In this document: one piece after another, positions 27,480 through 38,847 of the stretch | How positions within the stretch are numbered: position 1 is the first letter of the stretch | Layout: each line of letters begins with the position of its first letter | NCBI GenBank assembly: GCA_040437565.1 | Contig: JBDOQK010000051.1 | Location: 62,001 to 126,000 of the forward strand | Length of the DNA stretch: 64,000 nucleotides | Source of the DNA: Albugo candida | Taxonomy: Eukaryota | Reading direction: 5' to 3' | Position numbers and translations under genes: made by a program | Notes under the pieces: model-generated | What the model saw: only the letters and a program-made list of their open reading frames with translations | What the model was told of the DNA's origin: nothing | The model's database searches: none

Positions 27480-30400
27480 GTGTGACAACGAATTTTTCCG
27501 ATCCAAGTCGGTAGCACATGATAAGAATGACCCATCCAATATATTCACTTGTTGAGCGAAGATACGTTTTCTTTAATTAGTACGAAGCCCAATACAATTT
27601 ATCCAGCGGTTTCTTTAATCCAAAGCTTGGCCAAAAGCTATTACTCTCGGTGCAGTGACGCGGCCCCTTTAATGGCATTTGCTATAATATCCGCGCCAGC
27701 TTCAATGAAACCTTCGCTTCACAACAAGCCAGATTTTTCGCATAATATCGTGACTGTCCTGCCTGTCCTTCCTTAGTTAAATGGTAATGTTTCGGCTCGC
27801 ATAGATAGCATGAGACATACTGAGGGTACTTTGAGCCAAACACAAATCAACACGCTCATGCTAGACTCAGTTCAGATTCAGTGATGGTTTCCGAATTAGT
27901 ATTCTTGTCGACCAAACAATTGACCTTCCAACACGATGACCAATATAACGTAGACGAAGGCACCTTGACAATTTATCTACTCGTGCATCATATATCTTGA
28001 TAAGCTCCATAACTGTTACTTTTGTCCGACATCACTTTCTCATCGGAATGGAGCAAACTGGTGCAGGTTTGAAGGGTGGACGACGGAAGCGGTATCAGGG
28101 GAGCTTCCAATTGATACTCCACGGCCCACCCACTGTCTTTTATTCAGATCTCGTTTCACATCGAGTCTTAGTAAATCAAATGAGTCGCAGAATGTCTATC
28201 CCTTCGGCTCACGCAACACTCCATCGAGGCATCGAGCACTCAGAACGAGTCAAATTGCTGTAACGCTTCGGATATTTCAAAGAAAGAGATCCGATGGTGA
28301 TATAAGAAATAGAAATTGTTGAGGCAAAAGCCTCATTGGCCGGAAGTAAAATCTGTCAGGAGTAGCGACCCGCATGGAAGTAGCACAGCAACAACGACGA
28401 AGCCACGGTGAGCTTCAGAAACTCAAAGCTCAAAACGGCTGTCGCCACGAAGGTAATGAACGTCTTCAACCTAGAATTAGATGATGCCAACTAGCACAAT
28501 GCTGTAGAAAAGTTAGATCAACAAAATTGTGAGAACCCTGAAAAGGCAAAGCTCCATAGTCGGTACCGATCATGTGATAGCTTGCGATGGTCGAGGCATC
28601 TTTGGTGGAAATCAATCGTATCGAGTAAGCCTGTTTCTTTGCTTCTATGTTCGGTTCTTATCTTCCAATTGCTTGAGTAGGCACAAACTGCTGAAAGCCT
28701 TTTCGCATTGTAATCGTCATCAATCTACTACCATGTCGCGATTGAGTGAGCGTATGCGCTATATGACGATACGTCGAATTGATTAATTTCAATTTTGAGA
28801 AAATGAGCGAGAGCGCCGAATCTACCCACCATTTTGATTTCTAAGAAGAGGTGGTTGTTCAGCGATCCAAAAGCGAACTTGAAACTAGCGCCAAACGATT
28901 ACCCTGATCGAAACGCTGGGTCGGAAGAAGCTGCAATACGCGGTCCTGATCGATCCAAACAAACGACGATAGTGAGACCTCTTGGCTGAGACTGCCAAGG
29001 GAATCGAAGTTGAAAGTTTGGATGTGGAAGCAATGTGTGGTTCAAACAATTCGTTGGCACAGTTTTCAGCAAAATCATACTTTCAATTCCGACTTCAAAG
29101 CTTAGCATCGTTTTGAATCAAAATCGATAATCAAGATGCTTTTCTGGACTGTTCATCTGACATGTAATCACTTCATTTCCTGCATTTGTACAAACCACGT
29201 CCATCTACTCATTCTCTTGATATCCTTCATAGTTGCTTTATAGTTCACCTACAACACATCTTATTTGTCCCAAGCAATGTGCTTTGAACAGATTTTGCTG
29301 GTGTCATTGATTCAATACTAAATTTACCTCTGGCTCCATCGCTGGGTGAGTTTGCTTATTTTAGCTCGATTTTCGGGGCACCCGTTCCTCCATTTGAGCC
29401 CAGTATTGCTAAATTTCGTGTGTGATTGCTTCCTGCTGTGTCTCCGTGGTATTTATCGCTCTTTTATTTGCGTTCCGTCTCACTATAGAAAAAATCCTGG
29501 AACTCTAATAATTGTAGCGAGAGTTTCTCACTGCCGGGGTTCTATTTCGAGACACAATGACCTGGTCCTGAAGTGGTTGAAGCTTCCTTGAATTTCTTCA
29601 CGTTGAATATGGATCTGTCGCTTTCCCTCATTGTAGAGATTTCTCCGCTAATGAGACTGCAGGTAGTCCATTAAACAACTAATCCCCAAGAAGATCACAT
29701 CGAGCTTTGTGTGGGAGCTTTACAACATAATCCGATGAAATGAGTATATCGGTTTCGATCGTTCCGCGTTAGATGAGAGAAATCTTCCTACCCTTTTCAG
29801 TTTCGTAATAAAAGTGTCTTTGAGTAGCATCGCTCCAAATGTCGCAAATGCGCGCTTCGTATTATCTGAACTCTGGGTTTTCGAGGTCCGCAAATTGAGT
29901 GTTTTTATCTCTCCCATTTATTCAAGCGAGAAAGTTTAGGATTGGATACGAGCTCCAAACGGGGACGTCTGATCTCATGAACACTTTTGAGGCTGAATGT
30001 TCTTTCTTAGCGACAAAGATGTAGTACTTCCAATGGTCGTATTACAGAAACCCGAGTGGGCCAGACTCTATTGAGTAGCTTTCACATAATCACACTGTGG
30101 CCTCACGCGTCAACCAATACTGTGTTACCCAACAGGGTTTATATTTCGACGAAATTCACCCCTAAAGCAGTTTATTATTTGACTAGGTCGATTCTAACAT
30201 CCGGAGTGATGGAGAAAAGGTTAGACGATGAAACAATTCTCTCTTTTCTAGTTCTGCTTCGCTGATAATATGAGATGAGAATAATACTAGAGATGCGTGA
30301 TTGATCATAAGAAACAATGGTTCCCTGCTCAATTTGTACCAACCAAAGCATTTGTATTTGCACTTATTCCGAAGACTTTAATGGATTTCCAAGTAGAAGG

Positions 30401-30522
30401 TAAATGAATACTATTCATCAAGGTTGGGAGAAAGCTCCCTCGCTGAGTACAACGGAATAATTGATCGAGGGAAAATTCTTTTTTCATGATTTTTAGCGTT
30501 GAAAAAAATAAGAAAGGGATAC

Positions 30523-32000
30523 TGTCATTTATGTTATACCTACCTACAGGTCAGACACATGCGTGTACCTAACTGCTAACGGTCCGTGAGTTACTTGATT
30601 GGCTGTAGTTCTAACGCTTTGTCTTTTCTATGAAGATACAATAAGAGAAAAGGTTGTGTCGTCAGTCGCATCCCGTACCGTTTCGTGTATACGTTCTCGT
30701 CCTTCTTCAATGTACTCATTTCCTCTTAACACACCTCCTCGTCTGCAACATCACCGCTTCGCCTATTTGATATTTTGGCCTCTGCACCACTCCTGAAGCT
30801 CACCAACTCGGATAATGACGCGCGTTTTCGCATTCACGGCCTTCGTCATTAGGTCTGCAAGTTGCTATTCAGACCGCACGTACTGTGCCGCTATAACCCC
30901 ACGTTCGCGTTAAACGCACGTCGATGTGTTTCACCTTCAGGGACGATGTCTCACCTTTTAGATGCTTGATGGAAGCTTGTTCGTTGACGTATAGGGTCAT
31001 AGGCAGTCCTGGCGCCATGCCAGTTTCACATAATATTTCTCGTATGGCAAGCCGCTCGCGCGACTCTTCCGACGCGTCAGAGAAAAGCTTCTTCCATGGT
31101 GTAGGGTGAGAGGCCACCTTGCTTCTTGGACATTCAGCTTACTGCTATTCCGTGACCCCGCCAGTAAGCGACTTACAATCCGGCTTGTCGGTGGTAAGTT
31201 AGCATCCGAGTAGGACTTCAAAGTCACCGTCTTTCTAGCTCTCTTCCTTGGGGCCATGTACAGCTTGAAAGCACGGGTACCCTCAAGATATTGCGCAATC
31301 CGCTTGGCAAGTTTATCATCATGGAAAGTGGCTGGTGCGTCTGGAGCGTCGTCTTGTGATCAGCGAACGTAATGTCTGGCCGCGTACAGTGCTCCACCCC
31401 CAGTAAGCTTCTAATAAGAGATTGAAAATTCCGTATGCTTGGGCCATCGCTGTCTGCTTTGTCAAGGATTTCATTGCACTGTTTATCTGGTTCTTTAACT
31501 ACCTTCCTTATCCTATCATGAGCCCCTGACCGCACTTCTCAATTTGCCGGCTACTAAGTAACCTGCCAATTTAGTAAAACAACTCGAAAAAACAACCTTT
31601 TTCAACTCGTTCCTCTCGAAAACAATGGTTCAAGTCGACATNNNNNNNNNNNNNNNNNNNNNNNNNNNNNNNNNNNNNNNNNNNNNNNNNNNNNNNNNNN
31701 NNNNNNNNNNNNNNNNNNNNNNNNNNNNNNNNNNNNNNNNNAGTGATTAGAATAGAGTAGACAACCACCAAACTGTAGTAACAGAAAGGTGTCTAAATAA
31801 AAGTACTACGGGCGAACAAGCTTAACTGAACTGAGCTAGTGTGTAGTCTATGGCCATCACTGTCTGCTGTAATCAGCAGCGCGCCGTCTACCAATGCAAC
31901 TTCATAGCAGTCTAACCCAATAGGAGCGTGAGTCGAACTCGCATCTCTCGCCTTCGCTCCCTCAGAAGCTCGCCGATGGCGCCTTCCTGGTCGACCACGC
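30523..32000 (-). mobile_element. Ty1/Copia LTR retrotransposon remnant (end of RT, RNase H, PPT, 3' LTR)
   Basis: [64 protein letters not shown] with frameshifts; purine tract GAGGAGGTG then TGTTAAGAGG (LTR start about 30731); the far LTR end (about 30523) is uncertain. Confidence 0.85.
31459..31851 (-). mobile_element. SINE-like non-autonomous retroposon nested in the Copia RT, with 17-bp target-site duplication
   Basis: TSD ggccatc(g/a)ctgtctgct at 31442-31458 and 31852-31868 duplicates the RT codons ADSDG; 31742-31837 and 31458-31532 match 61940-62028 and 62336-62410 in inverted orientation; contains a 100-N gap. Confidence 0.8.
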
Positions 32001-32001
32001 A

Positions 32002-32115
32002 CCTCATCCTTGGGCAATGTAGTGGCACCAGTAATGGTTATCTCTTGTTTATTACCGGTGGCTCTGTCAGTAGCAGTTGCGGAGAGGATTCCATTTGCAT
32101 CGATGTGAAATTTGC
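32002..32115 (-). other. Fragment of a plastid (stromal)/cyanobacterial-type Hsp70 (DnaK) substrate-binding domain
   Basis: Translates [44 protein letters not shown](S/T)TLPKDEV is the plant chloroplast Hsp70 signature; bounded by an N gap and by Copia RT sequence. Confidence 0.75.
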
Positions 32116-33700
32116 NNNNNNNNNNNNNNNNNNNNNNNNNNNNNNNNNNNNNNNNNNNNNNNNNNNNNNNNNNNNNNNNNNNNNNNNNNNNNNNNNNNNN
32201 NNNNNNNNNNNNNNNACTAGAAGAGTGGACGCGGAAATTGAAACCAATTACCAACCGCTAGTAACGTATTGGTAAAGTTGAGTTCATTATAAAATGTTAG
32301 AAGTAGAATTATGATGTACATCCACAAGCGTTATTGAGTTCATAGTCAAATGTCGGTCTCTCTCAATGACCTACAACTTTGAACTTTTTTTTATCTATTG
32401 TCAATAGATCAGGTGATATCAACATTCTCGTTCCATGAATATGTTGTCGTTGCATGGTGTCCTATTCGGGATACGTAATGAGCTTATATATAACGCATCT
32501 TTGCTACGACAATGTGTCGTTCCTCTCGCTAACTTTCATTGACCTCAACGAAATCAAATGAGAAACCAATTCTAACCTGCAACTTATGTAATTGCTCAAT
32601 AAACCGAGTTTCTTTGATTGGTTTAATTCTTGTTTTCTTCATCGACGCTGTAGTTGTCAATACGACGTTAATGCTATATAGAACATTCAGAGATTTCACT
32701 GGAGATTAGCACTGTGAAATATGGTTGGCCTTCCTGATCAGCGCTAGCACTTGATTAGATTCGTCACGACAAATGAACTACCTCGACTAATATTCAAGAA
32801 TCTTGAAAAGCTGTGTTATCAAAATGTATTGAGCGTATCAATGCGTCACGTGGATGCGTAGAGAGCATATTAGGGACTTTGTTGAAAAAATGAACAGCTA
32901 CTACAGATAATTTCTATAGCACAAAATCTCGTCACTCATATTAGACACAAGAACAGTGGGAGAGTTATCTGAGGGTGGGCTCAAACAAAATTGATTTTTG
33001 TTCAGCAGTTCCTTACTTTTATATTTCATATAGCATTTTTGAAAATACTAAATGACCCCGAGCCATCAATGATGAGAACCTTGGTCCTGTTGGAAGATGG
33101 TATCTGATCGAGTGGGATGTTGCCAGGTCTCTGGCCGCCTCGGTACTACTTCTGACAGGATTTATGGATTTAAGTCCAGCAGGCGACAGAAGAGGCAGTA
33201 CGGTGTGAAATGATGCAGGTGCCGATATTGTATGAGAGGAGTGGATAAAAAGCAAGTTACTCGTAGGTACGAGAGTAAAGACTGGTAATATACTTATTCT
33301 GCAAAAACACTTCTTTGGAGAACTTCCTAGCGTGCTTCAAAATGTCCACATACAGGAAATGCTTTCTAATATATCAACAATCGATTGTGTAAGTACACTG
33401 AGCAAGAAGGTCATCATTAGTAGTTGACAATTTACATTCTGTGAACTTTTTGTCTGCATTGTTTCTTGTACTCACACGACACCCCACTTACACTCAACTT
33501 GTTTTCTGGTCGTCTATTTACAATTGCTTTCGCTTGACATACATTTATTTCGAGCATACAAGATTAACTTTTTGCGCAGCTACCAGAGGCTTTTTCGCTT
33601 TTTTTAAAATGCACCGAGACATTGCGCTTCTTTCGTTATACATGCATCCATGTGACTGAAGTAGTGACATGTGATGACGGAGAGATCAACTAGAAAGTAA

Positions 33701-34234
33701 GAGAGTACCTCAAACGAGAAAGAGAGTTCGAAAAATGGTCAGAAATGGGTCCTACAATGTTTAAATACCGTTTTGAGACTGTTTGACAAAGATTTTCAAC
33801 AGGTAGGACAAAGAAATCTCGAGAGACTTTAAAGAAAGTTTGATGACAATTTATCCACACGTTCACATCTGACCCACAGTTGACCATTTCCCATCTATTT
33901 CCGTGCAATAGTATTCAATCATCCATAGCTACCTTTTTTCAAGTTGCTTGGATCAAGCGCTATTTCTGGTTTTGGATATAAGATTCACATGACGATAGCA
34001 ATCAGATTGTAGATTCTCAAATACAACTTCAAAGATTGTTATTGCTGAAGAAACGCGTGCAACACGCTCTCGAGATTCCGCTTCTAATTTATGAACTGAA
34101 AAGTGCGTTGGATTGATGACTCAACAACTTGATGAATTTGCCAGCTGACTACAGGACCCGGCTTCTACAGTGACTTTGCAACGAGACCGGCGTTCTGTTC
34201 GGCGTTATTCGATTCCTTCAAATATGTCACTTAA
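33701..34234 (+). CDS. Possible terminal exons of an unresolved multi-exon gene or pseudogene
   Basis: Open, protein-like frames KWVLQCLNTVLRLFDKDFQQ (GT donor follows) and HDDSNQIVDSQIQLQRLLLLKKRVQHALEIPLLIYELK; intron 34103-34154 continues in frame to TAA 34232-34234; no start identified. Confidence 0.3.
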
Positions 34235-34405
34235 TAATAATCGAGATTTTTATTCGCTTGAGTGTGCCCAATTTTGAGCTTCATCATAATCGTGTAACAC
34301 TGGTTGAAACATATCAATATATCAGCCAATGAACTCTCCTTTATCACGATAGAGCGCTGTATTGAGCATATTCCGGCAAGTACTTTGATTGCGCAAAGAT
34401 CCAAT

Positions 34406-36958
34406 ATGAAATCTCCCCGTGCTTTTAGCGTGTACGGTCCAACCTCCGATGAGGAATTCGCTTCAGAGGCTATTGTCTCCGTTTCGTTCATTCCTAATTT
34501 CCCTGTAAAAGAACAATCCTTCTCTCCTAAAATCATTGGCTTACCGGCATGCGGAATGCCTTCCACACAGCTTTTGAGTTGTCTCAGAGCTGCGTTTGGT
34601 ATCTCAAATTCATTCAAGTGCGTTGGATTCCGTACTCGAAACGCGAACGATCAACTCTCCACATTCATTCCTCTGTCAGTAGCATCTTTGTCCCCAGCGC
34701 TTCTAAGTCAAAGTGTCGATCCCGTTGAGATAATGTACCGATATAACAACCATAAAGACTCTCGCGTCAGTCAATCGGAATCGGATTTCTCATCGTTGGA
34801 AGTTCTTTTAGACGCACTGGAGCAAGAAAAACAATGGAATCGATTTGATATGGCCGTATTACGTGCACAATGGGCCGAGTGGAAGCGTTTGGACGATGAG
34901 AAGTTACGTGCCTCGTGGAAGGAATTATTGACCGATCCAAATGTGCCCTTTTCCATGAAAAAAGAACGAATGCGGCAGTGGTTGTTGGATCCGTTTGTCT
35001 CAATCCAAGCACCAAGTGTTCCTCTGCAACGTTCCAGCATTCCTCCACTTGCAACTGAAACACAATTTCCTCAGCCACCAGAATCAATAATCGCTCGGCG
35101 TCCAAGCACGATTTCTCTCGAAGTCCTCACGAGAAATCAAGGGATGATTTATCAAAAGATTGTGGAACTCGCTCATACTGTGTTTTCCCCAAAAATCCAA
35201 AGTAAATTGCTGGCTGAAGCAGATGAATATCATCAAAGAATAAGTCTAAAAGAGGCATCGAACGCGCATCGCAACGAGACGAATGACAATTGTTCAGTCA
35301 ATGATCATGCACGGAAGACAGAGCAGAGCGATATTTCTCAACCAATGATGGAAACATTGCAGCTGGATCTACTGAATACCATTGATCAACTTGTGAATAA
35401 ACATGAGTTACCAGAAGAAGATGGATTGTATCTTATTCGACTTGTTTTGGCTGAATCTGAGGTCATACTAAAGGTCATGCAGCTGTACAAAAAGTGTTCG
35501 AATCAGCATGATATTGAAGACGCATTGAAGCAACTCATTCATCTTGATTCGCTTCCAAAATCCAGTGTGCCTGCAAACCAAGTAAGGAGCCATTTATTGA
35601 GCAGACCAAAATCAATCAAAGTCGAACATCAAAATGTGAGGTCGCAATACACTTTGGATAAATGGAATGACGCATACAAAATCTTGGAACGATTTTATGA
35701 CCAAGAGAAGCTTACGGCCATGGAATTGGAGCTTCTGGAAATTCTGATTCAGCAACAATTCGATCCTGTAATGATTGCAGTCGAAACGTTCCGAACCGAT
35801 AATAACGAGACGACATTGTGCGAACAGCTACGTGTGCTCTTCCGTGACGTCACAAAAGAAACGAAAGCTGAATCGAAGCCGCTTTTCAATACTTGTAAAA
35901 ATGGAACAGAGTCGATTCGAATCGAAAAGTTACATCTGGGACCAGCTCCTCTTGACGCATCCAAAGCTAAATCCATACCTTGGTGGCAGCATCTTGATCA
36001 TCTCGTTTATCAATGGTATTATCGTGGCATGCTTTCGCTGGAACATCATCAAATGATCATATCATTGCTTTCTGAAAAACACAATCTTCTCGAAAGCGCG
36101 TACGAAGTGTATTTGAGTGACCAAGACGATGCCGAATTGCTTGATACATTACAACGAATCGCTAAACTCCAGCTCCAGGCTTATGAGAGCGCTTCATGTG
36201 TCAATTTCGATCGCCTTGTGGACGAATACTGTTCCAATTCGATTTCCGACAATGAATGCAATCGATTGAAAGAATTGTTTGCGAGAAAACATCAATTGAC
36301 TCGCGCAGCATTCCATCAATTCCAGTCGGAAGGTCAAAGTGACGAATTTGTGAGTGCTTTACTTGGAATTGTTCGATTCACTTGTCAGCCAGAAACTCGA
36401 TCGCGACTGCTTCAAATTGTTGGAGAGATGCTTCAGCGTCAATTGATTCGGTCCCATGAAGCGGACGGTTTGATTCGGTTGTACGAGGAGAAAAATGACG
36501 CATTGACGGCCGCAAGTGAGGTGTTTGAGATCGATGGAGACGAGAAAGAACTCATTGAGACGCTGCTACTTGTTGTGAAACACGCGGGTCTTGAAGATCC
36601 ACTGCTTTGCATTGAAAGTAAAGACGCAACGACCCCGAAAGCCAACGATTCTGACGTAGATTCCGCTTTGAAAAAGGATTCTGTTGCGGGAGTGATGGTC
36701 AAAGTATCTGAGAGTGATGGTACGCTGCTGAATGAGACGAAATCGGTGGAGAGTGCGAAGAAATTGAATAAGAAAAGCAGAAAGAAGAAAAAGAAAAAGT
36801 CGGGCTCTACCGAAGTGCGCTCAGAGCCGATAATGAAAAGTGGTGATCGCGAAGATGATCGAAAAACGTCGCAAGTATTTGAAGTCAATGCAGTTAAAGT
36901 TGAACTTGAAGTTGAAGTTGAAGGTGAAGAAAATAAAATATCAGAGGACGACAGTTGA
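34406..36958 (+). CDS. Hypothetical protein (about 850 aa) with about 5 helical repeats and a Lys-rich C-terminus
   Basis: Long ORF, first ATG at 34406; repeats such as LLESAYEVYLSDQDDAELLDTL and LTAASEVFEIDGDEKELIETL; KKSRKKKKKK patch. Confidence 0.82.
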   Translation: MKSPRAFSVYGPTSDEEFASEAIVSVSFIPNFPVKEQSFSPKIIGLPACGMPSTQLLSCLRAAFGISNSFKCVGFRTRNANDQLSTFIPLSVASLSPALLSQSVDPVEIMYRYNNHKDSRVSQSESDFSSLEVLLDALEQEKQWNRFDMAVLRAQWAEWKRLDDEKLRASWKELLTDPNVPFSMKKERMRQWLLDPFVSIQAPSVPLQRSSIPPLATETQFPQPPESIIARRPSTISLEVLTRNQGMIYQKIVELAHTVFSPKIQSKLLAEADEYHQRISLKEASNAHRNETNDNCSVNDHARKTEQSDISQPMMETLQLDLLNTIDQLVNKHELPEEDGLYLIRLVLAESEVILKVMQLYKKCSNQHDIEDALKQLIHLDSLPKSSVPANQVRSHLLSRPKSIKVEHQNVRSQYTLDKWNDAYKILERFYDQEKLTAMELELLEILIQQQFDPVMIAVETFRTDNNETTLCEQLRVLFRDVTKETKAESKPLFNTCKNGTESIRIEKLHLGPAPLDASKAKSIPWWQHLDHLVYQWYYRGMLSLEHHQMIISLLSEKHNLLESAYEVYLSDQDDAELLDTLQRIAKLQLQAYESASCVNFDRLVDEYCSNSISDNECNRLKELFARKHQLTRAAFHQFQSEGQSDEFVSALLGIVRFTCQPETRSRLLQIVGEMLQRQLIRSHEADGLIRLYEEKNDALTAASEVFEIDGDEKELIETLLLVVKHAGLEDPLLCIESKDATTPKANDSDVDSALKKDSVAGVMVKVSESDGTLLNETKSVESAKKLNKKSRKKKKKKSGSTEVRSEPIMKSGDREDDRKTSQVFEVNAVKVELEVEVEGEENKISEDDS

Positions 36959-37037
36959 AAGTTCAACATTAATGTAATTGGGTAAAATACGAATAAATAC
37001 ATTTACACCCAATCATCACGTTGCTTTCACACTAGAA

Positions 37038-38847
37038 ATGAATCCTCCCAAGTATGTTGCGATAATGTACTCAATCGCGAATGTTGCAAATCAGTAATTT
37101 ATATCAGAGTGTGTGTACATGCCAACGAAAGTCAATCACTTTTCAATCGAATGGATCGCGAAGAAGCGCTATTCTCGGCACGAAGCCGCGAGGAAAACGC
37201 AAAGACGGTGCTGCTGTCGCTGCAGCTGAAGCAGACGCAATTGGCGGAGCTCATTTCCAACGCATTGGAGCATGCAGCTCGCGCTTGCGAGGTTAAAAAA
37301 GAATTAGAAGAGAGGAACAACTTGCAAGAAGAAAGAATGCGTGCGATAGAAAGTGAAAGGATTTCCGAAAAGAAAAGAACGGAAAATCAAATACGGAAAC
37401 AAAATGCGGAAACGCAGCAATGGATTCGGCAATTGAGTCAGTGGGAAAACAGTAAAGTGTGTACACACAGTCGGACACTTCTGTCGCTCCAATTTGAAAT
37501 GTATAGTGTATAGTGTCTGTGGGTAGAGGAGAAGCGCTTGTTGGAGCAGCGAGTGGAAACAGAAGTGAAAATACGGAAAGAGCTTGAAAAAAAGATGTTA
37601 GAGATTCAGGATCAACGCAATGAGACAAATGTATTGGAATGGAAAGGGAGCGCAAAAGAGTTTCAACTTAAAGAAAAGAAAATCATCCAAACGATTGTAA
37701 GATGTAAATACGTTACTATTTCAGTAAATATCAATGGGAAGGGTAGAGTTGTACACAACAAAGGATGCAAAGTCTGCAAGGATACATGGAGAAAGTCAAT
37801 GCCAAGTTGTGTGCGTGTAAGTGCAGTCAGTGGCCTCAACTGCAATCAGCTGTTTTAAGTGACTGTGGATATAGATAGTCAGCAGATGGAGACAATGAAG
37901 CAGGCAAGCTGTGTGTTTGATCAGAAGTCTCATTTGGTGATCGTGCTCGACAGGATCGAGCTGGATCTGCGAACCGATACGAAGCTGTAGATGAGGAAGG
38001 TGTTGGCCCTGATCTAAGAATTCTTCAGTTACAAGAGGAGAAAGAATTGCGTCAGCGTTTGCAGGAACAATATGACACAACGAGAGTTGAAAATGACATT
38101 TTGAAGACGCGAAACGACGAATTGGAACGAGTGACGAGTATCTTACAGCAATCTTTGCAAAGCAGTCTAGAGAGAAGCAAAATACAGGAAAAACTACTAC
38201 AGGATTATGAGAGCTCGTCATCGGAGGGAACTAAGGTTATTTCAATGCTACAAGACGCTCTGGATGAAGCTGTTGAGAGCTCTAATCAGGCGGAAAAGAA
38301 AGCGGATGCGATGGTTCGGGAAGTAGAACAACGACACCAAGCGGAAAAGGAAGAGATGACAAACGCAATCAACACTCATAAAAGTCGCATCGCTCAGCTG
38401 GAATATGAGTCGGAGAAAACGTTCCATGAAAAATTGCTCGAACGTCTTACAAATGAGAAAAACGTCACGAAAAGAGGTGGGAACGAGATGGAGGTACCAA
38501 ATGATCGTAAGCCAACAGACAGGAGAGCTCCACCCGAAACATCCAGATCCAATTGGCAACCACAACACATAAATTTGGCCGAATCAAACGAGTCACTCCA
38601 TCTCTCCGGCGAGCAACAAAAAAAGAAAACTGACACAAATCGACCAGACGACGATATATCACATGCGTGTATCTGTGCAGCTTGCAGTGAAGAAGCCTTT
38701 GGTTTCATGGTCAAATGCCACAAATGCAAAGATCCATTCCACGCAAGATGTATCAAACTCGTTCCCAGCAAGAAACGATCAATCGTCACCTTCACATGCA
38801 CAAAATGTCGACCCCCACTACGTCCCGAAAAAATGAGAAAATCGTGA
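37038..38847 (+). CDS. Multi-exon coiled-coil protein with C-terminal PHD finger
   Basis: ATG 37038 with intron 37052-37107 joins ORF 37109; successive coiled-coil exons; C4HC3 pattern CAAC..CHKC..FHARC..CTKC; internal exon boundaries not all resolved. Confidence 0.75.

Noticed and set aside
27480-30500. Possible degraded coding or retroelement sequence next to the Copia LTR
   Set aside because: Manual translation gave no identifiable domain.
36439-37002. Long antisense ORFs over real genes (also 52777-53355 alternative frame, 46419-46787, 50417-50866)
   Set aside because: Shadow frames of coding sequence with low-complexity or non-protein-like translations.
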